Source: an uncultured Campylobacterales bacterium (GTDB lineage Bacteria; Campylobacterota; Campylobacteria; Campylobacterales; QNZT01). Taken from it: a stretch of 64,000 nucleotides of DNA. The translations under genes and the position numbers were made by a program. The notes under the pieces were generated by a model. It was not told the DNA's origin and did no database searches. It saw only the letters and a list, made by a program, of their open reading frames with translations. Shown here one piece after another: positions 36,723 to 47,210 of the stretch (position 1 is the stretch's first letter; each line of letters opens with the position of its first letter). Location: assembly GCA_964560425.1 (NCBI GenBank), contig CAZLLE010000103.1, positions 21,025-85,024 of the forward strand, given 5' to 3'.

Positions 36723-37916
36723 AACAACCCTAAATCCAATATTATAATTGGAACTTTGAGGAGTTCTCCAGTCACGGTTTGAAGATTGAAGCCACTTTGC
36801 ATAACCATACCAACTACCACCACGAAGAACTTTATATGATTGATTTATATCATACCAATCTTCACACCACTCTCTTACATTTCCATGCATATCATATAGC
36901 CCCCATGGATTTGGTTTTTTTTCTCCAACTAATTGTGTTTTTTTGCCTGAGTTTTTTTCATACCATGCATAATGAGTAGCTAATTTATCATCATCTCCAA
37001 AACTATATTTACTTTTTGTTCCAGCACGACATGCATATTCCCACTCTTTTTCAGTAGGTAGTCGATATTTTTTACCCATTTTTTTACTCAAATACTCAGT
37101 ATATGCTCTCGCATCATACCAACTTACATATATTACAGGTCGTCTACCTCTTCCCCAACCCTCATCACGAGGCAGTTGTCTATTGGTATCTTTACAAAAT
37201 ATATCATACTCATCAAAAGTCACTTGATATCTACTCATACAAAAATCATAATTTATAAATTTGCTTCTTGGAATCTGTACAAAATCTTTTTCATGTGGTA
37301 ATTTTTGATTGGAGTTTCTCTTTGTTGAGTGAAAAATAGTAAAAAGCTCTCTAATGAATGTTTTATTTTTCCTAATATTTGGTGATAATATAGATAGATC
37401 AGGATAGCGAAGTAGTAATCTTTTTTTCTCTAATTTACCCATAGATAGATAACTTTTAGGATAGAGACTATATCCAGAACATCGTAGATTATAGATATAT
37501 AACTTTTTTTCAAAAACTGTTATAGATGCAAAAAGGGGATATTTTCTGGAGTTGTTATATAAACTTTGGGCTTTACTTCTTGGTACTTCTACAAGCCATT
37601 TTTCATCTATGATATTACTATTTTCTATCTTTTCATCAAATATATTAAACAGTATAGCATCTGCAATAAAGTATGACTCTTCCGCATCATACTCTAAAAG
37701 TTCAATATAACCAATTTCAATGGGATCTAAATTATGTAGTCTATCTCTATACTCATCAAATGTTTCAAACATTGTCTTATCAAGTGTTTGAAGCTCTAAT
37801 TTTTCTTCATCTTTCTCTAATCGTTTCAAACATTCATGACAAAGTTTTTTATCTTCATCATAAAGGAAAGGAGGAACATCCTCCTCTTTACACATCTTAC
37901 AGATATGTCCCCTCAT
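36705..37916 (-). CDS. FGE-sulfatase (SUMF1/C-lectin-fold) domain protein with an N-terminal CxxC..CxxC module
   Basis: PVIYVSWYDA, RLPTEKEWEYACRAG, NPWGLYDMHGNVREW, RGGSW, NIGFR; N-terminal CKMC-x14-CHEC. Confidence 0.85.
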   Translation of the reverse strand: MRGHICKMCKEEDVPPFLYDEDKKLCHECLKRLEKDEEKLELQTLDKTMFETFDEYRDRLHNLDPIEIGYIELLEYDAEESYFIADAILFNIFDEKIENSNIIDEKWLVEVPRSKAQSLYNNSRKYPLFASITVFEKKLYIYNLRCSGYSLYPKSYLSMGKLEKKRLLLRYPDLSILSPNIRKNKTFIRELFTIFHSTKRNSNQKLPHEKDFVQIPRSKFINYDFCMSRYQVTFDEYDIFCKDTNRQLPRDEGWGRGRRPVIYVSWYDARAYTEYLSKKMGKKYRLPTEKEWEYACRAGTKSKYSFGDDDKLATHYAWYEKNSGKKTQLVGEKKPNPWGLYDMHGNVREWCEDWYDINQSYKVLRGGSWYGYAKWLQSSNRDWRTPQSSNYNIGFRVVLEGTL

Positions 37917-37919
37917 ATA

Positions 37920-39458
37920 TTACTCCCATTCAATAGTTCCTGGAGGCTTAGAGGTGATATCATAAACCACTCTATTAATACCATCCACTTCATTGATAAT
38001 TCGACTACTTATCTTCTCTAACAACTCATGAGGAATATGAGCAAATGTAGCAGTCATGCCATCAACACTCTCAACCATTCTCACACAAACTGTATTATCA
38101 TAAGTACGATTATCACCCATAACACCAACACTTTTCACATTTAATAAAACACAAAATGCTTGCCATACTTTGTCGTAATAACCATAAGCTTTGAGTTCAT
38201 CAATCATGATAGTATCGGCTAAACGCAACATATCTAAATCTTTTTGATTAACTTCACCCATAATTCTAATAGCAAGTCCTGGTCCGGGGAATGGATGTCG
38301 TGCAATCATATCTTTTGGAAGTCCAAGTTCAAGACCCAATTTTCGTACTTCATCTTTGAAAATCTCACGAAGTGGTTCAATAAGTTCAAAACTCATCCAA
38401 TCAGGAAGCCCACCTACATTATGGTGTGATTTTATTGTTTTACTAGGTCCTTTTACTGATACTGACTCAATTACATCTGTATATAGCGTACCTTGTGCAA
38501 GAAATGAGATACCATCATGCTTTTGAGCTTCTCTATCAAATACTTTGATAAAAGTCTCTCCAATAATTTTTCTCTTTTGTTCAGGGTCTACAACACCCTC
38601 AAGGTTATTAATAAACTCTTCACTTGCATCAACAGTAATAAGCTTAGCATGAAGACGATTTTTAAACATCGCTTCTACTTGCATTCTTTCATTGGCTCTC
38701 AAAAGTCCTTGATCGACAAAAACAGGAATTAATTGATCTCCAATTGCTTCATGAAGAAGGGCAGCTACAACAGAGCTATCAACCCCTCCACTCACACCAC
38801 AAAGAACTTTTTTATCACCAACTACATCTCTAATTTTTACAATTTGCTCTTTTGCAAATCCACCCATATTCCATGTACTTTCACAACCACAAATATATTT
38901 TGCAAAGTTTTTAAGAAGCTTAGTACCAAATTCCGAGTGATGAACTTCAGGATGAAATTGGAATGCATAAATATTTTTATCTTCATTTGCAATAGCAGCA
39001 TAAGGGGAGTTATCAGAGTAAGCAATTTTTTCAAAACCTTCAGGAATCATATCTACACGATCACCATGACTCATCCAGACAATCTGTCCACTTGGAGTAT
39101 TTTTTAAAATTGGGGATTCATTATCAAAATAGAGTTTAGCTTTACCATATTCATGATGATCAGCAGGAATTACAGCACCACCAAAGTGTTGAGTAATAAG
39201 TTGCATACCATAACAGATACCCAAAATTGGTAACCCAAGATCAAATATAGCACTATTAGGATGATATGCATCTTTGGCATATACAGAAGATGGACCACCA
39301 GAGAGTATAATCCCCTCTGGTTGTTTTGCCCTAATACTTTCAATATCTTCATTATAAGGGACTATCTCGCAATAGACCCCACTCTCTCTTAATTTTCTTG
39401 CAATAAGTTGTGTATATTGTGATCCAAAATCCAAAACAACTATTGGTACATTTTTCAT
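37920..39458 (-). CDS. guaA: GMP synthase (glutamine-hydrolysing)
   Basis: [41 protein letters not shown]. Confidence 0.98.
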   Translation of the reverse strand: MKNVPIVVLDFGSQYTQLIARKLRESGVYCEIVPYNEDIESIRAKQPEGIILSGGPSSVYAKDAYHPNSAIFDLGLPILGICYGMQLITQHFGGAVIPADHHEYGKAKLYFDNESPILKNTPSGQIVWMSHGDRVDMIPEGFEKIAYSDNSPYAAIANEDKNIYAFQFHPEVHHSEFGTKLLKNFAKYICGCESTWNMGGFAKEQIVKIRDVVGDKKVLCGVSGGVDSSVVAALLHEAIGDQLIPVFVDQGLLRANERMQVEAMFKNRLHAKLITVDASEEFINNLEGVVDPEQKRKIIGETFIKVFDREAQKHDGISFLAQGTLYTDVIESVSVKGPSKTIKSHHNVGGLPDWMSFELIEPLREIFKDEVRKLGLELGLPKDMIARHPFPGPGLAIRIMGEVNQKDLDMLRLADTIMIDELKAYGYYDKVWQAFCVLLNVKSVGVMGDNRTYDNTVCVRMVESVDGMTATFAHIPHELLEKISSRIINEVDGINRVVYDITSKPPGTIEWE

Positions 39459-39515
39459 GCTATTCCTTACTTTTTCTATAAGAAATCATTTTAGTTAATT
39501 TTATCTAATAAACTA

Positions 39516-40883
39516 CTAGTAAATTCCTAAAATTTGAAACTGTACATACCAAATAATCATAGAGACAATATAACCAACTAAAATCATCCAAGCATATTTC
39601 ATATGTGAACCAAAAGTATAAATACCTCTAAGTCTTCCCATTACACCAACACCAGCAGCAGAACCAAAACTAATTAAACTTCCACCAATACCAGCAGTAA
39701 GAGTTACTAACATCCACTGATCAAGACCCATTTCAGGATTTGCCTTAAGAACTGCACTCATTACAGGTACATTATCTACTACAGCAGACAAAAATCCAAC
39801 ACCCATATTTCCAGCAGTTGCACCAATAATACCGTATAAATCAACAATATATTCCAAAAATCCTAAAAAGTGAAGTGCTCCAACAGCAGCAAGAATACCA
39901 AAGAAAAATAGAAGTGTATCATTCTCAACTTTTTGCATATTTACAAAAACATCAAATGTTTCACCCTCGACCTGTTTGAGCTGATAAGAGTAAATTTTAA
40001 GAACAGATAGACCAAACATCATACCCCACATTGCTGGAAAGTGGAAAAACTGGTGTCCCAAAACTGCAACTATAATTGTTCCTATACCCAAATAGATAAC
40101 TGTTTTTGCACCTGGTTTTAGTTTTTCAACTTTATCAGTCTGTGCTGAAAAAGGTGGTTTTCCTTCTGGAACAACTTTTGATAAAAGCCATGCAGTAATA
40201 AGCCAACCCACAATAGAAGCAGGAAATAGAGATATAAAATCAATAAAAACACCTTTACCCGCAGTCCATGCCATCAAAGTAGTAATATCACCAAATGGGC
40301 TCCAAGCTCCTCCTGCATTTGCAGCAACAACAATATTAATCGCACCTGGTACTAAAAACTCTTTATTTGTCTTATCAATAGTAAAAAGAACTGTTGAGAG
40401 AATTAATGCTGTTGTCAAGTTATCTGCAACTGGTGAGATAAAAAAGGCTAAAAGCCCTGTTAACCAAAAGAGCTTTTTAAAAGTGTAACCTCTTGAAACC
40501 AACTTATATTTTAATACATCAAATACATTTCTCTCTATCATTGTCTCAATAAAAGTCATAGCAACAAACAAGAAGAAAAATATCTCCGCAATCTCTAAAA
40601 TAAGATGTTTCATCTCAACATGAAGATGATGTACATCTATGCTGTTAAGTGTAAAATAGATACCAATCAACATGAACATAAATGTACCTGTAAAAAGTGC
40701 TGGTTTTGCTTTATTTATCTCATACTTCTCTTCCGTAGCAATAAAATAATATCCAGTAACAAACACTATCACAGCCAAAATACCAACCCAAGTCCCCGTA
40801 TAACTTGCGTTTTCCACAGCTGTAGCACCCTCAGATGCAATACCAAATGTTGTTAAATACATTAACATAAGTAAATACCTCAT
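39516..40883 (-). CDS. nhaD: NhaD Na+/H+ antiporter
   Basis: EEKYEINKAKPAL, SPVADNLTTAL, NAGGAWSPFGDITT, SAVVDNVPV, GSAAGV. Confidence 0.92.
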   Translation of the reverse strand: MRYLLMLMYLTTFGIASEGATAVENASYTGTWVGILAVIVFVTGYYFIATEEKYEINKAKPALFTGTFMFMLIGIYFTLNSIDVHHLHVEMKHLILEIAEIFFFLFVAMTFIETMIERNVFDVLKYKLVSRGYTFKKLFWLTGLLAFFISPVADNLTTALILSTVLFTIDKTNKEFLVPGAINIVVAANAGGAWSPFGDITTLMAWTAGKGVFIDFISLFPASIVGWLITAWLLSKVVPEGKPPFSAQTDKVEKLKPGAKTVIYLGIGTIIVAVLGHQFFHFPAMWGMMFGLSVLKIYSYQLKQVEGETFDVFVNMQKVENDTLLFFFGILAAVGALHFLGFLEYIVDLYGIIGATAGNMGVGFLSAVVDNVPVMSAVLKANPEMGLDQWMLVTLTAGIGGSLISFGSAAGVGVMGRLRGIYTFGSHMKYAWMILVGYIVSMIIWYVQFQILGIY

Positions 40884-40897
40884 TCTAATCCTTTTTT

Positions 40898-42340
40898 TTA
40901 AATATTTATAATATTATGAGCACCTAGAGACTCTTTTCTATAGATCGCACTTTCTACGATATTTTTTGATACCTTTAGACGCAATCTTAATAATTTACCT
41001 ATATCTTCATGCAAAAGTGTATTGATTTTACTCAATGCCTCTTGCAAATCACCCTCATTTCTAACAATTGAGACACTATTCCACATAACCGAACGCAAAA
41101 TATCTTTACGATAAGCATCCTTCTCTTTTACTAATACCTCCTCTGTTTCATCAAATTTTATAAGTTTAAAATAGATACTTCTTCTAAGAATATCATCTAC
41201 TGCTCTTTTAGAAAAGACTAATCCTTCCAAAAGGGAGTTACTTGCCAATCTATTAGCACCATGAACTCTTGTAGAAGCAACCTCTCCAACAGCATATAAA
41301 TTTTCAAATCCTAAAACTTTTCCATTGATATCTGTCTCTATTCCACCCATGGAGTAGTGAAAAGCGGGAGATATAGGAACTCTATCTTCAGGTAAGTTTA
41401 GACCAATATCACGCATATTAAAATATATCGTTGGAAATCTCTCTTTAAAATGCTCTTCAGTAAAGTTTGAAAAACTCAGATAGACCTCTTTTCCTGTTTT
41501 GGCTTTCCAATCAAAGATGGCTTGACTCACTTTACTTCGTGAACTTAATTCTCCTCTTTCATGATAATCAAAGAGAAATCTATAACCATCTTCATCAACT
41601 ATATGAGCACCTTCACCTCTAAGAGCTTCAGTAAGTAACTGTTTTCTTGCCCCTTTATTATGAATAAAAACTGTAGGATGAAATTGTGTCATCTCCATAT
41701 CACGAAGAGTTGCCCCATGTTCGAGACAAATTCCTTGCAACTCCCCACTTATACTTCTAGCATTTGTATGAAACTCATACAAAGAGCCAATACCACCACT
41801 TGCAATAATCACACTCTTTGCATAATAATTTCTAATTTCACCAGCATGAGATACTTTCACTCCATGGCAAATATTATCTTTGATTAAAAGATCTGTAACA
41901 GTTGAGTTATAAAGTAACTTTTGCCTATTTTCATGCATCAAAAAGAGGTGTATATACCTACCAGTAGCATCTCCTCCAGCATGTAAAATACGATTTTTGG
42001 AGTGAGCTCCCTCTTTTGTATAGTGAAGTTTTCCCTCTTCATCTTTATCAAATTCAAAACCTCGTTTGATAAAGTTGCGAACCTCTTTATAACCATCTTT
42101 GCATAGAGTCTCTACAGCTTTTGGATCACAAAGCCCTGCTCCCGCATTAATAGTATCTTCAATATGCAAAGGGATATCATCTTCATCTGTTGCAACAGCA
42201 ATCCCACCTTGGGCATAAAAAGTATTACAATCCCATGAGTTCTCTTTGCAAATAATGAGTACTTTCTTGTTCTTACCAAATGCAATAGCTGCATTTAATC
42301 CAGCAATACCTGAACCTATGATAATAGCATCATAAATCAT
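40898..42340 (-). CDS. nadB: L-aspartate oxidase
   Basis: GSGIAG, YAQGGIA, EGAHS, QFHPT, HYSMGG, GANRLASNSLLEG. Confidence 0.93.
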   Translation of the reverse strand: MIYDAIIIGSGIAGLNAAIAFGKNKKVLIICKENSWDCNTFYAQGGIAVATDEDDIPLHIEDTINAGAGLCDPKAVETLCKDGYKEVRNFIKRGFEFDKDEEGKLHYTKEGAHSKNRILHAGGDATGRYIHLFLMHENRQKLLYNSTVTDLLIKDNICHGVKVSHAGEIRNYYAKSVIIASGGIGSLYEFHTNARSISGELQGICLEHGATLRDMEMTQFHPTVFIHNKGARKQLLTEALRGEGAHIVDEDGYRFLFDYHERGELSSRSKVSQAIFDWKAKTGKEVYLSFSNFTEEHFKERFPTIYFNMRDIGLNLPEDRVPISPAFHYSMGGIETDINGKVLGFENLYAVGEVASTRVHGANRLASNSLLEGLVFSKRAVDDILRRSIYFKLIKFDETEEVLVKEKDAYRKDILRSVMWNSVSIVRNEGDLQEALSKINTLLHEDIGKLLRLRLKVSKNIVESAIYRKESLGAHNIINI

Positions 42341-42417
42341 AACTTCTCCAAAACAGTACTTGGCTTATAAATAGGATCCCCTTTATAACCACAAGATACA
42401 AAAAATGTGAGTAATAG

Positions 42418-42426
42418 TGTTATAAT
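42418..42426 (+). promoter_or_regulatory. Extended -10 box 6 nt before ATG 42433 (probably leaderless mRNA)
   Basis: TGtTATAAT-acccac-ATG; no SD present. Confidence 0.6.
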
Positions 42427-42432
42427 ACCCAC

Positions 42433-42885
42433 ATGAAAAATTCTAAATATATAATTAATCATTTAATAAATAAACCTCAAAATAGTAAGATTTTACAAAA
42501 AATGTGTTTTGAGAAGTTAAAATCTCTTTTACCCCCTAGATTAACTAAATCTATACTCTTTATGTATATAAAGAATAGCACACTATTTTTTGTACTAAAT
42601 CATCCAGGGATGAAAATGGAGTTTGATTATAAGAATAATTTAATAAAAAACTTATTAAAGAAAATTAAAGATTTTGATACAAGTTGTGTGGATATTGAAA
42701 TAGATGAAGTAAAAACATTTATTAGTAATAAAATAGAACCATCAAACACCTATTCTAAGCCTCCTCGCAGATATAAAGAAAAATCTGATGCCTCATTTGA
42801 TATATTATCTAAAAACCAAGATATAAAAGAAATTTTTCAGAAAATCAAAGAGGAGATAAAAAAAAGAAATGGAAACGGAACTTGA
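42433..42885 (+). CDS. DUF721/DciA-like protein
   Basis: YIKNSTLFFVLNHPGMKMEF segment resembles DciA; basic C-terminal tail. Confidence 0.6.
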   Translation: MKNSKYIINHLINKPQNSKILQKMCFEKLKSLLPPRLTKSILFMYIKNSTLFFVLNHPGMKMEFDYKNNLIKNLLKKIKDFDTSCVDIEIDEVKTFISNKIEPSNTYSKPPRRYKEKSDASFDILSKNQDIKEIFQKIKEEIKKRNGNGT

Positions 42886-44662
42886 ACAGAAGATAAAAGA
42901 GATTCCTCCCCAAGCAGGTGTCTACCAATATTTTGATAAAAATGGAAGATTACTCTACATAGGCAAAGCTAAAATTCTCAAAAATAGAGTCAAAAGTTAT
43001 TTTAAATTTACCCCCTTTCAAGCCTCATCAAATCTAACTCCTAGAATTTACAAAATGATTAGCGAAGTAGCAGATATAAACTATATCATAGTAGAGAATG
43101 AACATGACGCACTAATACTTGAAAACTCTCTCATAAAACAGCTACAACCAAAATATAATATTCTTCTTCGTGATGATAAAACTTATCCATATATTTGTAT
43201 TGACCTAAATAAACCTTTTGGTAGATTTGAAATCAGTAGAAAAATTATTAATGATAAAAAAATAAAATATTTTGGTCCCTTCTCTATTGGAGCTAGAGAT
43301 ATATTAAACTCTATATATGAGATTTTTCCCCTTGTTCAGAAAAAAAGTTGTTTAAGCAGTAAAAAAGCTTGTCTATTTTATCAAATAGAGAGATGTAAAG
43401 CCCCATGTGAAGGTAAAATTAGCGAGGAAGATTATTCCAAAATTGTAAAAGATGCAATTGCAGTTATAAACGATAAGAAAAAATTGATCCAACTACTCAA
43501 AGAGAAGATGTATTACTACTCAGAAAAACTACTCTTTGAAGAGGCAAAAGAGATTAGAGATCGAATAAAACGAATTTCACAAACACAACTTGTAAGTAAT
43601 TTGGACTTAGCTTCTTCTAAATCTTATGATATTTTTGCAATTGAAATAGAAGAAAATATTGCATGTAGTGTACTAATTTTTGTTAGAGAAGGGAGAGTAA
43701 TATCAACTTCTCACTCTATTTTTAAATCAGAATTTGGATTTGATAGTAGTCATCTTTACCGCAGAGTTTTGGTCGATTATTACCAAAAAGATGTACTACC
43801 TGCTTCAGAAATTTTGGTTTATGAACCATTTGAAGAGATCAAAGCTGTAGAAAAATTTCTATTCTATAAAACAAAGAAAAAGATAAAAATCACAGTACCT
43901 ATAAGAGGAGATAGAAGAAAATTAACAACTCTAGCCCTTAAAAATGCAAAGGAGTTGATAAGATTAGAAAAAAATAAAAATTATGATATACTTATAAAAG
44001 TAAAGAATCTTTTTTCATTAGAGAAAATACCTTATGTAATAGAGGCGTATGACAACTCTCATTTACAGACTCAAGCTACAGTTGGAGCAATGATCAAGTG
44101 GGAAAATTTCTCTTTTGTCAAAAAGGATTATCGGCACTATAATTTAGAGGCGAAAGATGAGTACGCTCAAATGTCCGAACTCATCACAAAAAGATGTGAA
44201 AGTTTTGCAAAAAATCCTCCCCCAGATTTAATAATTATTGATGGGGGAGAGACATTATGGAAACTAGCCAAAAAGATTATTAATCAATATGGCATTTTCG
44301 TCGATATTATTGCAATAGCAAAAGAGAAAAAAGATAACAAAGCTCAACGAGCCAAAGGAAGAGCTAAAGACACTATTATTTGTGAGCTTGGAACTTTTAA
44401 TCTCCAATCAGATGATAAAAGGTTACATTTTATTCAAAAAATGCGTGATGAATCTCACCGTTTTGTAATCAATTATCATCGAAGAGTAAAATTAAAAAGA
44501 GATAAAGAGATTCAACTCTTAAAGACAAAAGGTGTTGGTGAAGCAACAATCAAAAGGTTGATTCAATATTTTGATACTTTTGAAAATATTGAAAATGCTT
44601 CTATGGCTGAGTTGGAGAGTGTTATTGGCATCAAAATTGCTAGAAATCTTAAAAAACAATAA
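42869..44662 (+). CDS. uvrC: Excinuclease ABC subunit C
   Basis: GVYQY..LLYIGKAKIL GIY-YIG domain, KYNILLRDDKTYPY, YDNSH, IDGG, RDESHRF, HhH tail. Confidence 0.96.
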   Translation: METELEQKIKEIPPQAGVYQYFDKNGRLLYIGKAKILKNRVKSYFKFTPFQASSNLTPRIYKMISEVADINYIIVENEHDALILENSLIKQLQPKYNILLRDDKTYPYICIDLNKPFGRFEISRKIINDKKIKYFGPFSIGARDILNSIYEIFPLVQKKSCLSSKKACLFYQIERCKAPCEGKISEEDYSKIVKDAIAVINDKKKLIQLLKEKMYYYSEKLLFEEAKEIRDRIKRISQTQLVSNLDLASSKSYDIFAIEIEENIACSVLIFVREGRVISTSHSIFKSEFGFDSSHLYRRVLVDYYQKDVLPASEILVYEPFEEIKAVEKFLFYKTKKKIKITVPIRGDRRKLTTLALKNAKELIRLEKNKNYDILIKVKNLFSLEKIPYVIEAYDNSHLQTQATVGAMIKWENFSFVKKDYRHYNLEAKDEYAQMSELITKRCESFAKNPPPDLIIIDGGETLWKLAKKIINQYGIFVDIIAIAKEKKDNKAQRAKGRAKDTIICELGTFNLQSDDKRLHFIQKMRDESHRFVINYHRRVKLKRDKEIQLLKTKGVGEATIKRLIQYFDTFENIENASMAELESVIGIKIARNLKKQ

Positions 44663-44692
44663 CTTGTAAAAGAGTTAACGCAGGAGTATATT

Positions 44693-47185
44693 TTGGTTTT
44701 ATACGATAAAAATCACAAATTCATAGGAATTAGTTCAAAAACACTTAGTTATTTAGGATACGAAGATATCAAAGAGTTTTCATCAGTACATAGTGATTTT
44801 GCCAATATACTTGTTAATCAAGAGGGATATATATATAATTTTAGTAACTTTTCATGGATAGACTTTATACTCTATAGTGGCTCTCCAAATAAGAGTGCAT
44901 TAGCCACCTTAAAAAATGGACGAGAAGTAGAGGTAAAACTTAGCATAGAGGAGATATATCTACCACAAGAGATTAATGGCAATAGCAGTTTTTTTGCTGT
45001 TCATGTTACTGGTGAAGTAGATGTAGGTGAAGAGAGTTATGAACATACTGCACCAAAAGGTATTTTTAATCTAGACAACCTAATGCCAACAACAGATAAA
45101 GAAAATAATAAATTAGAACCTCAACGAATAGAAGATCCAAAACCAATTGAAACTCTTAACAATAATGATTATAAACTAGATATACCACAACCAATACAAA
45201 CAAATGAGTTTGAAAATAGAGAATTTATTCTGGATAGCTCTTTTGAAGAACAAGTTAACCCCACCCCTCAACCAAAAGAGGAGACAAAAAAAGAAGATAT
45301 ACCTACAAACTTTGTAGAACCAATAATTGGAAAAGAGATTCAACTAGAAACTAAAGTAGAAGATAAGAGAAGTGAAAAGGATGATTTTCAACTAAACTTC
45401 CTAAAAACAGAAAAACAAGAGCTTCCTACCTCAGAACCAAAAGATAAGATAATAACTCCAATTGAAGAGGAGAAAAAAAGTACCAAAGATGATTTTCAAT
45501 TCAACTTCTTAAAACCAGAAAAACAAGAAAAGCCTATCTTAGAACCAAAAGAGGAGACAGAAGAGCTCTCTCTAAATTTTTTGAAACCAACAACTCAAAA
45601 AGAGACTCAACCAGAGCCTAAGATAGAAGAAGTAAAAAATAGTGAAGATGATCTTCAACTAAACTTCTTAAAAACAGAAAAACAAGAAGAGCCTAAAGTA
45701 GAAGTAAAAGAGGAGATAGTAACTCCAATAGAAGAAAAAAGTACCAAAGATGATTTTCAACTAAACTTCCTAAAAACAGAAGAAGAGAAAACTATTACAC
45801 CACCCAAAGATGAAGTAGTAGTTCAAAAAAAGGAGGAAGAGAAAGCAGAAGAGCTATCTTTAAATTTCTTAAAGCCAGAAAATGAAGAAAAAATTCCATC
45901 AAAGCCTAAAGAAGAGGATAAAAAAAGTGGTGAAGATGATTTTCAACTAAACATCCTAAAAACAGACAAACAAGGGGAGTCTATCTCTCAACAAAAAGTG
46001 GAGATAGCAAATCCTACAGAAGAACAAAGTGTTGAAGATGATTTTCAACTAAACTTCCTAAAAACAGACAAACAAGAAGAGATAGTAAATACAATAAAAA
46101 AAGAGGAAAAAAAAGAAGAACTCTCCCTAAATTTCTTAAAACCGACAACAGAAAAAGAGATTCAAACAGAACCTAAAATAGAAGAGAAAAAAGGTATCAA
46201 AGAGGAAGAAGATTTTCAATTTAATTTTCTAGAGACAGAAAAACAAGAAGAACCTATTACTCAAGAAAAAGAGGAGATAATAGATCCAAAAGTGGAAGAA
46301 AAAAGTATTGAAGAGGAAGAAGATTTTAGACTTAATTTTTTGAGATCAAATCCCTATAAAGAAGATAGTGAAGATATTAAAGAGGATACTTTAACACCAA
46401 AATCTGAAGAGTCTAAAGAGGGGATGGTTCAATTCAACTTTTTGCAAAACCTAAACACAGAAACTGAAGAACAGACAATAGATACAGATCAAAAAGAGCA
46501 ACTTATTAACCAAATTAAAAATGATATTAAAGAGATAGATACAAAAGAAGATCCAATAAAAGAGGATTCTCAAACTGGTCTAAAATCTCTATCAAGTAGC
46601 TTAAAATCAATATTTTCAAGAGGAGAAAAAGAGAACAAAAAAGAGGAGACAACAGCAAATTTTTCTCTAAAATCAGAACAGAAAAATATAAATCAACAAA
46701 ATAGAGACTCTCTAGAAGATACATCTATAAATATCATGAATCAACCATTAGAAGAGATAGAGTCAAACTTAAACTTAGATTTGAATGAACCATTAATTCA
46801 AGAAAGCAGTGAATTAGCAACAGTAAAAAAGAGTAAACCAAAAATAGAGATTCAACCACAAAACATATCTGTAGAGTTACAAAATTTAGGACTTACACAA
46901 GAGGATGAGTATGATCTGATTAATGATTTTGTAAATGATATTAGTGTTCATCTAAATCTATTTAATAAGCTAATCGCTAATAAAAATTTTGATCAAGCAC
47001 AATATTCTCTTATCAAAGTAAAAAGTTCTGCCGAAATTTTAAATTTAGATGCTATAATCATCAGCCTAAATGGTATAAAAGAAGCATGCGATAGGAAAGA
47101 TGAACAAAATATCAAAGAACTTAACCTTCATCTAGAAAATCAAGTACAACAACTAAGAGACTATCTAAAAAACGCTACAATTTGA
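44693..47185 (+). CDS. Acidic repeat-rich protein: PAS-like N-domain, disordered linker with 12 motif copies, degenerate HPt C-domain
   Basis: TTG start with SD AGGAG. C-terminus LINDFV...SLIKVKSSAEILNL fits the HPt helical pattern, but the His position is Ile. Confidence 0.8.
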   Translation: MVLYDKNHKFIGISSKTLSYLGYEDIKEFSSVHSDFANILVNQEGYIYNFSNFSWIDFILYSGSPNKSALATLKNGREVEVKLSIEEIYLPQEINGNSSFFAVHVTGEVDVGEESYEHTAPKGIFNLDNLMPTTDKENNKLEPQRIEDPKPIETLNNNDYKLDIPQPIQTNEFENREFILDSSFEEQVNPTPQPKEETKKEDIPTNFVEPIIGKEIQLETKVEDKRSEKDDFQLNFLKTEKQELPTSEPKDKIITPIEEEKKSTKDDFQFNFLKPEKQEKPILEPKEETEELSLNFLKPTTQKETQPEPKIEEVKNSEDDLQLNFLKTEKQEEPKVEVKEEIVTPIEEKSTKDDFQLNFLKTEEEKTITPPKDEVVVQKKEEEKAEELSLNFLKPENEEKIPSKPKEEDKKSGEDDFQLNILKTDKQGESISQQKVEIANPTEEQSVEDDFQLNFLKTDKQEEIVNTIKKEEKKEELSLNFLKPTTEKEIQTEPKIEEKKGIKEEEDFQFNFLETEKQEEPITQEKEEIIDPKVEEKSIEEEEDFRLNFLRSNPYKEDSEDIKEDTLTPKSEESKEGMVQFNFLQNLNTETEEQTIDTDQKEQLINQIKNDIKEIDTKEDPIKEDSQTGLKSLSSSLKSIFSRGEKENKKEETTANFSLKSEQKNINQQNRDSLEDTSINIMNQPLEEIESNLNLDLNEPLIQESSELATVKKSKPKIEIQPQNISVELQNLGLTQEDEYDLINDFVNDISVHLNLFNKLIANKNFDQAQYSLIKVKSSAEILNLDAIIISLNGIKEACDRKDEQNIKELNLHLENQVQQLRDYLKNATI
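45380..46447 (+). repeat. Twelve in-frame copies of [DE][DE][FL][QS][LF]NFL[KER] with every third copy of the EELSLNFLKP type
   Basis: DDFQLNFLK, DDFQFNFLK, EELSLNFLK, DDLQLNFLK, DDFQLNFLK, EELSLNFLK, DDFQLNILK, DDFQLNFLK, EELSLNFLK, EDFQFNFLE, EDFRLNFLR, GMVQFNFLQ. Confidence 0.88.
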
Positions 47186-47210
47186 CCAAAAATTTTTGGA
47201 GTAATAATAG

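Noticed and set aside
36705-36830. Diversity-generating retroelement variable region
   Set aside because: The C-terminal GGSW...IGFR fold fits, but I found no template repeat or reverse transcriptase in the window.
45380-46447. CRISPR array
   Set aside because: Repeats are degenerate, in frame within a long ORF, and conserved at the protein level; no cas genes. The same applies to 59498-59635.
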